Source: Blasia pusilla
Lineage: Eukaryota
Assembly: GCA_050084515.1 (NCBI GenBank)
Contig: CM114271.1
Coordinates: 11,656,001 to 11,720,000 of the forward strand
Reading direction: 5' to 3'
DNA length: 64,000 bases
Part shown: positions 53,042 to 64,000 of the stretch, piece after piece
How positions within the stretch are numbered: position 1 is the first letter of the stretch
How the letters are laid out: each line of letters starts with the position of its first letter
Notes under the pieces: generated by a model
Databases searched by the model: none
The model's input: only the letters and a program-made list of their open reading frames with translations
Told to the model about the DNA's origin: nothing
Made by a program: the position numbers and the translations under genes

Positions 53042-56000
53042 TATTGAAGATTGAGTTACAGTCAAGCTCATGAGACACTTGAATTGCTACATTTGGTGCT
53101 CATACAAAGTAGGGAAGCTTGATCTTGGTTAGTCAGTTAAGCGCGATTATCTTAACAAGGGTTAGTTAATCACAATTAGTCTAACTCGAGATTATGGTTA
53201 AGGTTAGTATTAGGTTTGCTTGTACATATCCTATATAATTGAGAAGGGGACCAGCCTCCTTTCATTCTCTCATTGCAAATTTTTTTTCTCCATGGTGGTA
53301 TGTGTGTGTGAGTCGCTTCCCACTAGTTATGCTTCTTTAGCAGTTTTCCACATGGTACCAGAGCGATAGGAGAACATTACTTGAAATTCTTGCTATTTAA
53401 GGAGAGAAGAGAAGGCACAATTTCACTTTGGGAGAAGGAAATTTGTTTAGAGCTTAGTGGGTGCAAATTTCAGGTGGAGCTTTTACGGTGATAAAATTGT
53501 AGAAGCATTTTTTAAGGCTTTTCCGATTGATTTAGCCATGAGGATCCGCAATGACTAGTCCAGAGCCAAAGGTTGGTTCTAGTCGTGTTGTAGAGCTTGT
53601 TGAGAGCTTTACAATGCATCTAAAATTGCTCGATTCTGACATTCTGAGCTTCTATAGTAGCAATTTTAATGTAGGAAAGTGCAATTAGTGAAGAAATGTT
53701 GTGCAGTTTGCTCTTTAAAGACCAATTTCAATTAGTTCTTTCATACAGTTGATCAATTTTGGAAAATTTCAGGTCGATTTCTTGTAGGAGTGGTGTATGA
53801 TTCAATTAGAGCAGTAGAGAGCATGAAATTATGTTTTTTTTGTGAGTGAAATCGTTCGTCACGGAGTATTCCTCAGTAGTAATCACAAGCGAGAAGCTAG
53901 ATAAGCAGAATTACAATGTTTGGAAGTTTTGCATAAAAAAATTTCTCATGCGTCAAGAATTATGGAAGCTTGTCAAAGGTGATGAGGCCAAACCTGAAGG
54001 TGACTCAACAGACTTGAATGTTCGCGCCTAGAATAAACGTGCAAGGCAAGTAATCCACTACATTTCAATAACGATCAATTCGCCAATGATAGGTCACATT
54101 CAAGATGTTGATATTCCAAAGGAGATCTGGGATGCATTGGAAAAGTTATTCCAAACATCTACAAAGGCCAGAAAGCTTCAATTGAAACAACAATTGAACG
54201 AATTGAGGAAAGGATTATATGATTATATGTGTAAAGGATATATCAATGATTATATTTTGAGTGTTAGACATATTGTTGATCAGTTGAATAGCATTGGAGT
54301 GATAGTAGAATATGATGATCTGATCTTGTTCACTCTTCAAGGCCTTCCCAAGGATTACAAGTCCTTTGAGATCTCTATCTTTGTTAGAGAGAAGTATCCA
54401 ACCTTTCAAGAGTTAGTCCCATTGTTAATCAGTGAAGAGATGCCCCTAGTAGGCAAGGGTAGCTCGTCTAGTCTGCAAGAGAGTGCGCTATTTGCAGGTT
54501 ATGGATCAAACAGAGGTAGGGGTCGTGGCAGAAGCTTCTATGGTCTTGGTGGATATCAAGCATATGGAGGAAGAGGCACTCAATATAATGTCACTCAATC
54601 AACTACGAACCAGTACCAAACATAATTACAAGGTGGTGATGATGGAAACCGTTGGGGTCGAGGTTAGCAGTAGAGGATCCTTGGATATTGCAGTTACTGT
54701 GGCATAAAGGATCACTATGCAAAGTTTTGGAAATGTTCTCTATGTTTCTACCATTGCAAGAAACCTGATCTCTGTAGGATAGATAGTAGAACAAGGTTAT
54801 CAAGTGAAGTTTAATGCAGATGGTTGTTTTATTGAAACAATGGATGACCACACTACGATACCCAAAGGAACCAGATCTGGAAGAATGTTCAAATTAGATG
54901 TTTCTATGCCAGAGATTCAAACAACAATGTATGGTCAAACTCGCCAACAAGTCACAGATCTAAATGTATGGCATAAAAGAATTGGACCTATGAATCTTCA
55001 ATGATTACAAAGTCTTTCATCATCTAATATAGTAATAAGACTCCCTAAATTAGCGAGTCTTGCTACGTTAGAGGTATGTCCTGCTTGCCAATTTGGAAAA
55101 CAAGCTAGATTTCTTTTTCCAAAGCAAGGTAGAAGAACATCCAAGATATTGGAGTTGATCCACAGTGATGTGTGGACAACATCACATTATAGCCTTAGTG
55201 GTTGCGAATACTTTGTTTCATTTATTGATGACTTTTCTAGGTATACATGGGTATACTTTCTGAAAGCCAAGTCACATGTATTCTTAGTGTTCCAAACATT
55301 CAGAGTTCTAGTAGAGAAGCAAACTCAACAACACATTCTAAAATTGCATTGTGATGGAGGAGGAGAGTATCTTTCAACACAGTTTGATGATTATTTACGT
55401 CAGAATGGCATCCAACGTTAAGTAACTTGTCGTTACACTCCACAACAAAATAGAGTGGCTGAGAGGAAGAATCGACATATTGTTGAAGCGGCGAGAGCTA
55501 TGCTGAATGAGAAGAACATACCTAAGGTGTATTGGGTAGAGGCTGTAGCATGTGCAGTCTTCTTAATCAACCAAACTCCAATAACAGGAGTTCATGATAA
55601 AACTCCATTCGAAGTCTTCACAGGAAGTAAACCTCATTTCTCCTTCTTGAAAGTATTGGGCTATATTTGTTATGCTTATGTTCCTTCTGAGCGACGATAG
55701 AAATTAGACCCCAAGTTTGAAAGATGTATCTTCATTGGGTATGCTGATAGAACTAAGGGATATAGTGCTATATTCCATCCTCTAGGTAGCTTATTATTAG
55801 TCACGATGTTGTCTTTGATGAGCTAAAGTCATGGTATGCTCCATCTGAGCCTATTCCACCTCTAAACTTTTCTATTGAGGGGGAGAATGTGATTGTAAAC
55901 CAACAGACATTGTCTTTTACTTCCCCAAGTACAAGTGTAGGACTAGGAGAGGTCATAGATTCATCACTTAAATCTGTGAGTCCATGGACGTGAAGAGTAT

Positions 56001-57718
56001 GTATTCAGTCTGCTGACACTAGTCAGAGCTTGAGTCAGGTGTTAGAGGCATCTACTTCTGAACAACAACTTTGTAGATCAAGTCGAGTTACACATCCAGT
56101 TCATAGATTTATAAATGAAGGTTTCCTTGCGACACATCATGCATATATGATGACTACCCTTCAAAAACAGGAGCCGAGTTATTTTGAAGAAGTTGCAAGT
56201 AAAGTGGAATGGATTGAAGTTGTGGAGGAAGAGCTTGCTACATTAAGACATCAACAAACATGAGAGCTGGTTGATATACCTTCCGATAAGGAAGCTATTG
56301 GTTTCAAATGGGTTTCCTAAATCAAGGGTAATCAAGATGGTACAATTAATAAATACAAAGCGAGATTGGTGGCTAAGGGCTATGCACAATAATATGGTAT
56401 CGATTATGAGGAAACATTTGGCCTTGTTGCAAAGATGGCGACTACGAGAACATTGGTTACAGCTGCAGTAAGTAAGAAGTGGAGATTACATCACATAGAC
56501 ATCAAGAATGTCTTCTTGAATGGAGGTCTATATGAGGAGGTATATATGACTCAACCACCTAGATACGAGCCTTCCAAGTTTCCATTTCGCGTATGTAGGT
56601 TAAAGAAAGCTCTATACGGGCTCAAACAAGTTCCAAGAGCTTGGTATGGCAAGATTACATACGTCCTACAAGAGTTGGGTTTTAGGGTATGTGATTCTGA
56701 CTCCTCGTTATATGTCTTGAGAGGACAAGATCATACGGTTCTCTTTATATTGTATGTTGACGATCTCGTGATTACTTGGAGTACTGAAGAAATGGTATAA
56801 TAAGTGAAGCTTAAGTTACAAGCAGCATTTGATATGAAGGACTTGGGAGAACTTAAGTACTTCCTTGGTATTGAGTTTATCAAGGTTGGAGAGAGCATGT
56901 GGTTACTACAATGAAAATATGCTCTTCATATGCTTTTAAAATATGGTATGACAGCTTGTAAACCAATCTCTACACCGTTGGACGAGAGTGTGAAGCTAAG
57001 AGTGGATGAAGGAGAGTTGCTTGTTCTTCAGTAGCACATTAGTTGCTTTATCTTCAACAGAGGCTGAGTACATAGGAGCAACCAATGCAACATGTGAGGC
57101 GGTGTGGCTTCATCGATTACTTGTTGAGATTGGTGTTAGTAACTTAGGATCTAGTGTAATATATGCAGACAATATTAGTAGCATCAAGCTTGCTAATAAC
57201 TATATGTTTCATGCTCGTATAAAGCATGTTGAGGTGCACTATCATTTTATTAGAGAGAAAGTGCTTGCAGAAGAAATTGATCTTGTGTATATAGGTATAG
57301 ATCACCAAATTGCTGACATCTTTACAAAGGCATTGTCGAGAGATAAGTTTGAGATGTTTAGAAATGATTTAGGCGTTAGAGATATCGATATGAGCTTGAG
57401 GAGGAGTATTGAAGGTTGAGTTACAGTCAAGCTCATGAGACACCTGAATTGCTATATTTAGTACTCACACAAAGTAGAGAAGCTTAATCTTGGTTAATCG
57501 GTTAAACGTGATTATCTCAACTAGGGTTAGTTAATCATAATTAGTCTAACTTGAGACTATGGTTAAAGTTAGGGTTAGGGTTTCTTTTACATACCGTATA
57601 TAATTGAGAAGAGGACCAACCTCCACTCATTCTCTCATTGCAAATTTCGTTCTCCATGGTGGTGTGTGTGAGAGAGAGTCGTTTCCAACCAATTATGCTT
57701 CATTAGCAATTTTCCATA
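53042..57718 (+). mobile_element. Ty1/copia retrotransposon, family B; LTRs 53042-53352 and 57407-57718; internally deleted
   Basis: PBS TGGTACCAGAGC, PPT TTGAGGAGGAG, gag, IHSDVW, LYVDD, ALSSTEAEY. Flanks GTATT and GTAAT. Confidence 0.93.
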
Positions 57719-58226
57719 GTAATTACTTGTACGTCACTCTTCTCCTTGTTCTTCTTGCGCTTTCACGTGGGTTAGTCACTTGCTTGAGTGTTTAATTTGA
57801 TGTGAGTGTAAGGTGAAGTACTATGGTCACTCACAAAAAATTAGCTTTATAGTTTTCTTGTCTTGATCTTCGGTGGAAACATTTATAAGACCAGGGCCAT
57901 GATGAAGTGTACATATCAAAGGATTGAGTCATTATCTAAAGTCTGGTGTGTTACATTTGCCATTCAGGAATGTCCTTGGAAGCGTTGGACCACATCGGTG
58001 AAGATAGTTAGTGACGATTTAAATCTCCATCGAGATAAGTCCCAAGTCAGGTATATGTGCCTTATCATACTTGTCTTGACTCCACGTGGGTATGCATTAA
58101 TCTAAGATGACAACATCTCTACTGTGGTTTATGAAATTCGTTATTGAGGCAATATGTCATGGTTTTGGATGTATTTGGAATGTTTCAGTTCAAAGTTTGG
58201 GAGAATCCACTTCCAATCCCCTTTGA

Positions 58227-61200
58227 ATGGATTTGAACCACCCAATTAGGATAAAGGCACACGATTCCAAGTTGTGGCAGCGGGAAAGCACACGAGCTAG
58301 TGTACAGGGCCGTAAAAGATTTTGGTGTCTGTGCAATGACTGTAAGGATGGGTCTACATTATCCATCAGCAAGGTGAAAGCACATTTGAGAAAAAATGGA
58401 CTCTTGGCACTGTGTCGAGCGCCTAAATCGATGGGTGGGACTCTTCAGATGAGGAGTGGCTTATGCATGATCTTGCTGAAAAAAGAAGCCAAGAGGATAA
58501 GACAATGGAGTCAGGCCCCACCTTCCATGTGGATGGAAGGGAGAGATCTTCCATGGCAGATATAGACGAGCACATTGGTGTTCATAAAATGCTCAATGAT
58601 ATTTTCCAGAAATACGACCATATACACGAGGATGAAACTGAAGAGATGTCTCTCCTATCTGATGAATTACTAGAACGGGGAATGTCAAACATAGAACCAC
58701 TATTCAATCATGGAGATGAATATGAGGAGCTTGCTGAAGCTTGCAAACCCTTGTTCCCTACAACAAAAATATATGTTTTGGCGTTTGTCATGTTACTATT
58801 CAGCATTCAAACCACCCATGGCGTCCCAAATGTTGCTATTGAAGAATTTTTGAAACTCCTTTGTAAGTTGGTCCTACCAACGGGAACTTGGTGCCACCAA
58901 GTTATTATGTAGCAAAAAACTCATTGGTAAAGTGGGCTTAGGTTACAACAGTATCCATGCGTGTCCAGCTGGATGTGTTTTATTCCAGGGTGATTTGGCT
59001 GAAGCTGAGATCTGTCCATTATGTGGGAATCCAAGCTTCCGGAAAGTGGGTAGAACCATGGTACCATGTAAGGTATTGAGGCATTTTCGTAGCACACCTC
59101 GGATGAGATGTATGTTTAGATGCGAGACGTTGTCTGAATTGTTAACATGGGCCCCCTTGAACCACAGCAAGGATGGCTTAGTAAGGCATACAATTGATTG
59201 CAAGGCATGGGGCCACACGGACAACTTAAATCCAAAATTTTCCGAGGAGAAGAAGAATGGCAAAGTCTGGATATAAGTTTGGACGGAGTGAATCCATTTT
59301 CAAAAAAGTCCAATTCGTGGTCAACATGGCCCATGCTTCTTGTTAATTATAACTTGCCTCCCTCGCTCCAAATTTTTTTTTCTTTGTGATGCTCTCTTTG
59401 ATCATACGAGGAAAGGAGAGTGTAAATGGGAAAAAAATAGACACATACTTGCTTCCTCTAGTAGAAGAGTTCCAAGAAATGTGGAAAGGGGTTAAATTTC
59501 ATGACGTCCGGAAGGTAGGCGGAAGTTGGAACTTCATGTTGAGGGCTAGCTTACTATGGACCATACATGATTATCCGGCACATGGAACTGTAGCTAGGCA
59601 GAGCCACGGGCCTCTAGGATGTACTATATGTAGGCCTCGAGTGGATTCTGATTTTTCAAAGTCTTGCGGCAAGCCCATATACGGTTGTCATCGTCGATAT
59701 CTCCCATTGAGCCATCCATGGAGGACCCGTAGGTATGGATCTAATTTCTACGGGAGGGCAGAACTTAGACCACACGTGCCTAGACTACTTTCTGAAGAGA
59801 TTATTGGATGGGCAAATGAAAAACATACATATGATCAGAGTGGGGGTTGAGAAGATGGCCCTACTGATCCCTACAAGAGAACTGGGGTGAAAAGGCTGAG
59901 TATACTATATTCGTTGCCTTACTGGCCAATATCTTGCTTCCTCTCCATTTTATCCATTCTTTATGTTATGAAATAGTGGCTATAGATGAGGATAGCTTTT
60001 GTTTGATTTGATTGTGGATGTTAGCTATTATGTTCAAGTCGTGAGTTATCCATGCTTCTTTGACCATATAATCAGAATTTACTTATACGTCATATGTTAG
60101 ATGTAATGCACGTTGAGAAGAATATTGGTGAGAATCTAGTGAAGACCTTATTTGGAGTGAAAAGATACTGTGAAAGTCAAGAGAGATTTGGAGGCCCGTG
60201 GGATTCGATCCCATTTGTGGTTGCAACCCTATTCTAGTAGACCCCAAGTTTTTCTTAAACCAATTTCCGATTATTGCCTATTTCCCCATGACTTGAACAC
60301 TTTCCTTTCGAGGATTCAGAACTTGAAGGTGCCATCTGGATATTGTGGAGAACTCTCCAAGCATGTGGTTAATCGAAAATTGGGCACTATGAAACGAGGC
60401 ATTAGGGTTTGTGATAGAGTATATGAGAAGGTTTGAAGACGTGCAGACGCGAGTGTGGGATGATGGGGAGGAAGAGGGGGTCGTTGGTGAGGAGGTAGAA
60501 GGTGCGGGCTTTCCATTTTGACTTTCACGAGAAATGATCAACTTAGCACATCACTATGTGTTGCATAATATAGAGGCCATGGTTGATTGGAAAATGTAAA
60601 ACTCTCCAATATATGCTTTTCAAGGTTGTAGTTATGCTAATTACGGTTCAGAATGTCAAAGTGTATATTCTTTTGGTATTGACACATTAAATATAAAAGA
60701 ATGTACTAATACCATTAACATTGTTATTGAACATAATATATCAATCATGTTAGAGAGAGATTCCTTTTGAAAAGTGGATTCTCCCTGCCATTACACATGA
60801 TGCAATTGACAACTCAAAAGATGCTGATGCCCACCTACTATCGTTAGCTATACCTCCTAATAGTAGGGCATTGTCATTCAAGAGTATGAAAGCTTGCGGA
60901 AACCAGTACATGGTAGAAGGGCTAGGTGATGCAACACCCTTTTCCACTTACGACAATGGAATAGGTGCAATCTTTTTTGCTGAAAAAAATTCCAACCAAA
61001 ATTGTTTATAATCGTATGTTGGGGTGTTGGTTGATATTCTCTTACTTGATTATGAGATTGTAGAACAACCCATAATACTAATGCGAGGGCGGTGGGTTAA
61101 AGCAGATTGGGATTCGAGAGTAGGGTCCATGAAATTAGATAAGGAGGGTTTTCTGTTGGCCAACTTGAGGTCATGCGAGCCATTAGATCACCAACCATTT

Positions 61201-61524
61201 GTTTTCCCACCACAAGTGCAACAAGTGTTTTATGGAGATGCTGATGAGGATGGAGGATGGAAAGTGGGAATGAGGAAGGAAGCTAGAGCTCGGAGAGTTT
61301 ATTTTGATGAGTCACTAGATGGAGCTTGTAATGCTCTGCCCACCTTCTATGCCACATGCATGGAACCACAGAATCTACCAGATGCAAGCACCTTAGGAGC
61401 TAGAGTCCTAAGTGATGCAGAAATGGAAGCAACTAGAAAGGATGTGCAGCATGTGCAAATAATCCATGTATGCGATATGGTAGAAGATATTCATTCAGAC
61501 TCTAATAACTCAGAATTAGATTAG
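58227..61524 (+). pseudogene. CACTA/En-Spm (TnpD/TNP2-like) transposase, decayed
   Basis: IHACPAGCVLF, CPLCG, DGVNPF...STWP...NYNLPP, LWTIHDYPA, HMLDVMHVEKNI, KVPSGY and the C-terminal PFVFPPQVQQVFY...W. Element termini not identified. Confidence 0.9.
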
Positions 61525-61546
61525 ATTAATTCATAGTTGTATCTTT

Positions 61547-63936
61547 TATTGAAGATTGAGTTACAGTCAAGCTCATGAGACACGCGAACTGCTACATTTG
61601 GCACTCACACGAAGTAGGGAAGCTTAATCTTGGTTAGTCAGTTAAGTGTGATTATCTTAACAAGGGTTAGTTAATCATTGTTAGTCTAACTCGAGACTAT
61701 GGTTAAGGGTAGGGTTAGGTTTGCTTGTACATATCCTATACAATTGAGAAGAGGACCAGCCTCCACTCATTCTCTCATTGCAAATTTCTTTCTCCATGGT
61801 GGTGTGTGTGTGAGAGCCGTTTTCCATCAGTTATGCGTGTTTAACAATTTTCCACATGGTATCAGAGCGGGAGGAGAACATCACTTGAAATTCTTGGTGT
61901 TTGAAGAGAGAAGAGAGGCAAGAGAAGGCACAATTTCAGTTTGGGAGAAGAAAATTTTATTCAGAGCTTAGTGGGTGCAGATTTCAGGTGGAGCTTTGAC
62001 GGTGATAAAACTTTGGAGGCATTTTTTAGGGCTTTCCCGGGTGATTCAACCGTCTGGTTCCACGTCGATTAGAATGATGCCCAAGGCTTATTCCAACCGC
62101 CATTTAAAGCTTGTCGAGAGCTTTCCAACGCATCCAAAATCGCTTGATTCTGACACTCTGAGCTCATGCAATAGCTATTTCAATATAGGAAAGTGCAATT
62201 AGTGAAGAAAAGTTGTGTAGTTTGCTCTCTACAGGCCAATTTGGACTTATTCTTTCATACACTTGATCAATTTTGGCAAATTTCAGGTCAATTTTTGTGT
62301 AGGAGTGGTCTATGCTTTAATTGGAATAGTAGAAAGCATGAAATTATGTTTTTATGAGTGAAATAGTTTATCATGGAGTATTCCTCAACAGCAATCACAA
62401 GCGAGAAGCTAGACAAACAAAATTACAATGTCTGGAAGGTTCGTATGAAAAAATTTCTCATGGGTCAAGAACTATGAGAGCTTGTCACAGGTGATGAGGC
62501 CAAGCATGAAAGTGACTCATCAGACTTGAATGTTTGCGCTTGGAACAAACGCGCAAGGCAAGTAATCCACTATATTTTAATAACGATCAGTTCGCCAATG
62601 ATAGGTCGGATCCAAGATGTTGATACTCCAAAAGAGGCCTGGGATGCATTGGAAAAGTTGTTCCAAACATCTAAAAAGGCTAGAAAGCTTCAATTGAAAC
62701 AACAATTGAACGTAGTGAGCAAAGGATCGCAGAGCATCAATTATTATATTATGAATATTAGACATATTGTTGATCAGTTGAATAGCATTGGAGTAACAGT
62801 AGAAGATGATGACCTGATTTTATTCACTTTTCAAGGCCTTCCAAAGGAATACAAGTCCTTTGAGACCTCTATCTGTGTGAGAGAGAAGTATCCAACCTTT
62901 CAACAGTCAGTTCCTCTGTTGATCAGTAAAGAGATGCGCCTAGATGGCAGCGGTAGCTTGTCTAGTCTGCAAGAGAGTGCCCTATTTGCAGGTTATGGAT
63001 CAAACAGAGGTAGGGGTCGTGGATGAAACTTTCATGGTCGTGGTGGATATCAAGCATATGGAGGAAGAGGCACTCAATATAACGTCACTCAATCAACTAG
63101 GAACCAGTATCAGACACAATCACATGGTGGTGATGGTGGAAACCGTTGGGGTCGAGGTCATTTGTAGAGGGTCCCTGGATCTTGCAATTACTATGGGATA
63201 AAGGGTCACTATACAAAGTTTTGCTTCAAGAAGAAGGCATATATGAGAACATGAGCCTTACAACAACAAAACTATATGGAGCAACAATACCAAGAGCAGT
63301 ACCAAGAATAACAACATTCACAAACAGAGCATCTCTTGGTCATGACTCATCATATGGGAGCAATGGTCAAGAAAGACTCGACAGCAGATCGGTACATGGA
63401 CTCTGGTGCATCAAATCATATGACCTCACAAGAAAAATGGTTCAGTAGTTTGAAGCCGGTGAAAGATCGTGCAATTGTGCTCACAGGAGATGACACTCAA
63501 CATTATATCACGCATACCGGTAAAGTTCCAATAGCATGAGATGATCTTTGTGCTCTTGGAAATGTTCTCTATGTTCCTCCCATTACAAGAAATTTGATCT
63601 CTATAGGACAGATAGTAGAACAAGGTTATCAAGTGAAGTTTAACGCAGATGGTTGTTTCATTGAAACAATGGATGACCAGACTACGATAGCCAAAGGAAC
63701 AAGATCTGGCAGAATGTTCAAATTAGATATTTCTATGCCAGAGATTCAAACAATAATGTATGGTCAATCCAGCCAACAAGTCATAGATCTAGATGTATGG
63801 CATAAAAAAATTGGACATATGAATCTTCAAAGATTACAAAGTCTTTCATCATCTAATATAGTAACAGGATTCCCTAAATTAGCGAGTCTTGCTATGTTAG
63901 AGATTAGTCATGCTTGCCAATTTGGAAAACAAGCTA
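61547..63936 (+). mobile_element. Second copy of copia family B: 5' LTR 61547-61856, PBS, gag, PR; interrupted at about 63937
   Basis: LTR matches 53042-53352, PBS TGGTATCAGAGC, protease MDSGASNHM. Similarity to copy 1 stops after CAAGCTA, where new sequence begins with TG. Confidence 0.92.
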
Positions 63937-64000
63937 TGCCCTTGGCCTAGTGAGCCAGTTTATCCAAGCATCTCGAAAACTTCACCTTAATGTTGTGAGG

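Overview
Transposon-rich land-plant nuclear DNA. A non-seed plant is plausible but cannot be established from this window. Two intact intron-containing host genes lie on the + strand: a membralin/TMEM259 homologue (26070-33788) and ribosomal protein S3 (42419-44292). The rest is mostly decayed mobile DNA: two Ty3/gypsy elements, a solo LTR, three Ty1/copia copies, a CACTA transposase, Mutator-type transposase fragments, a Helitron-type PIF1 helicase, a MITE and an eRF1 fragment. The main result is two adjacent mobile elements that each carry a different DNA methyltransferase. (1) A Mutator-like element with long terminal inverted repeats (TIRs; 8268-13608) carries an intron-containing gene with a prokaryote-type beta-class N4C/N6A methyltransferase domain. 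Its TIR tips are shared with a MITE, and a 29-bp palindrome links it to that MITE and to a regularly spaced array beside a MULE transposase. (2) A gypsy element (about 890-7150) has a DNMT3-like C5 methyltransferase between protease and RT, plus a PHD finger after integrase. Both copies are pseudogenised. A third oddity is a gypsy element bounded by inverted LTRs yet flanked by a perfect 5-bp target site duplication (TSD). All calls come from manual motif recognition; no database search was run.
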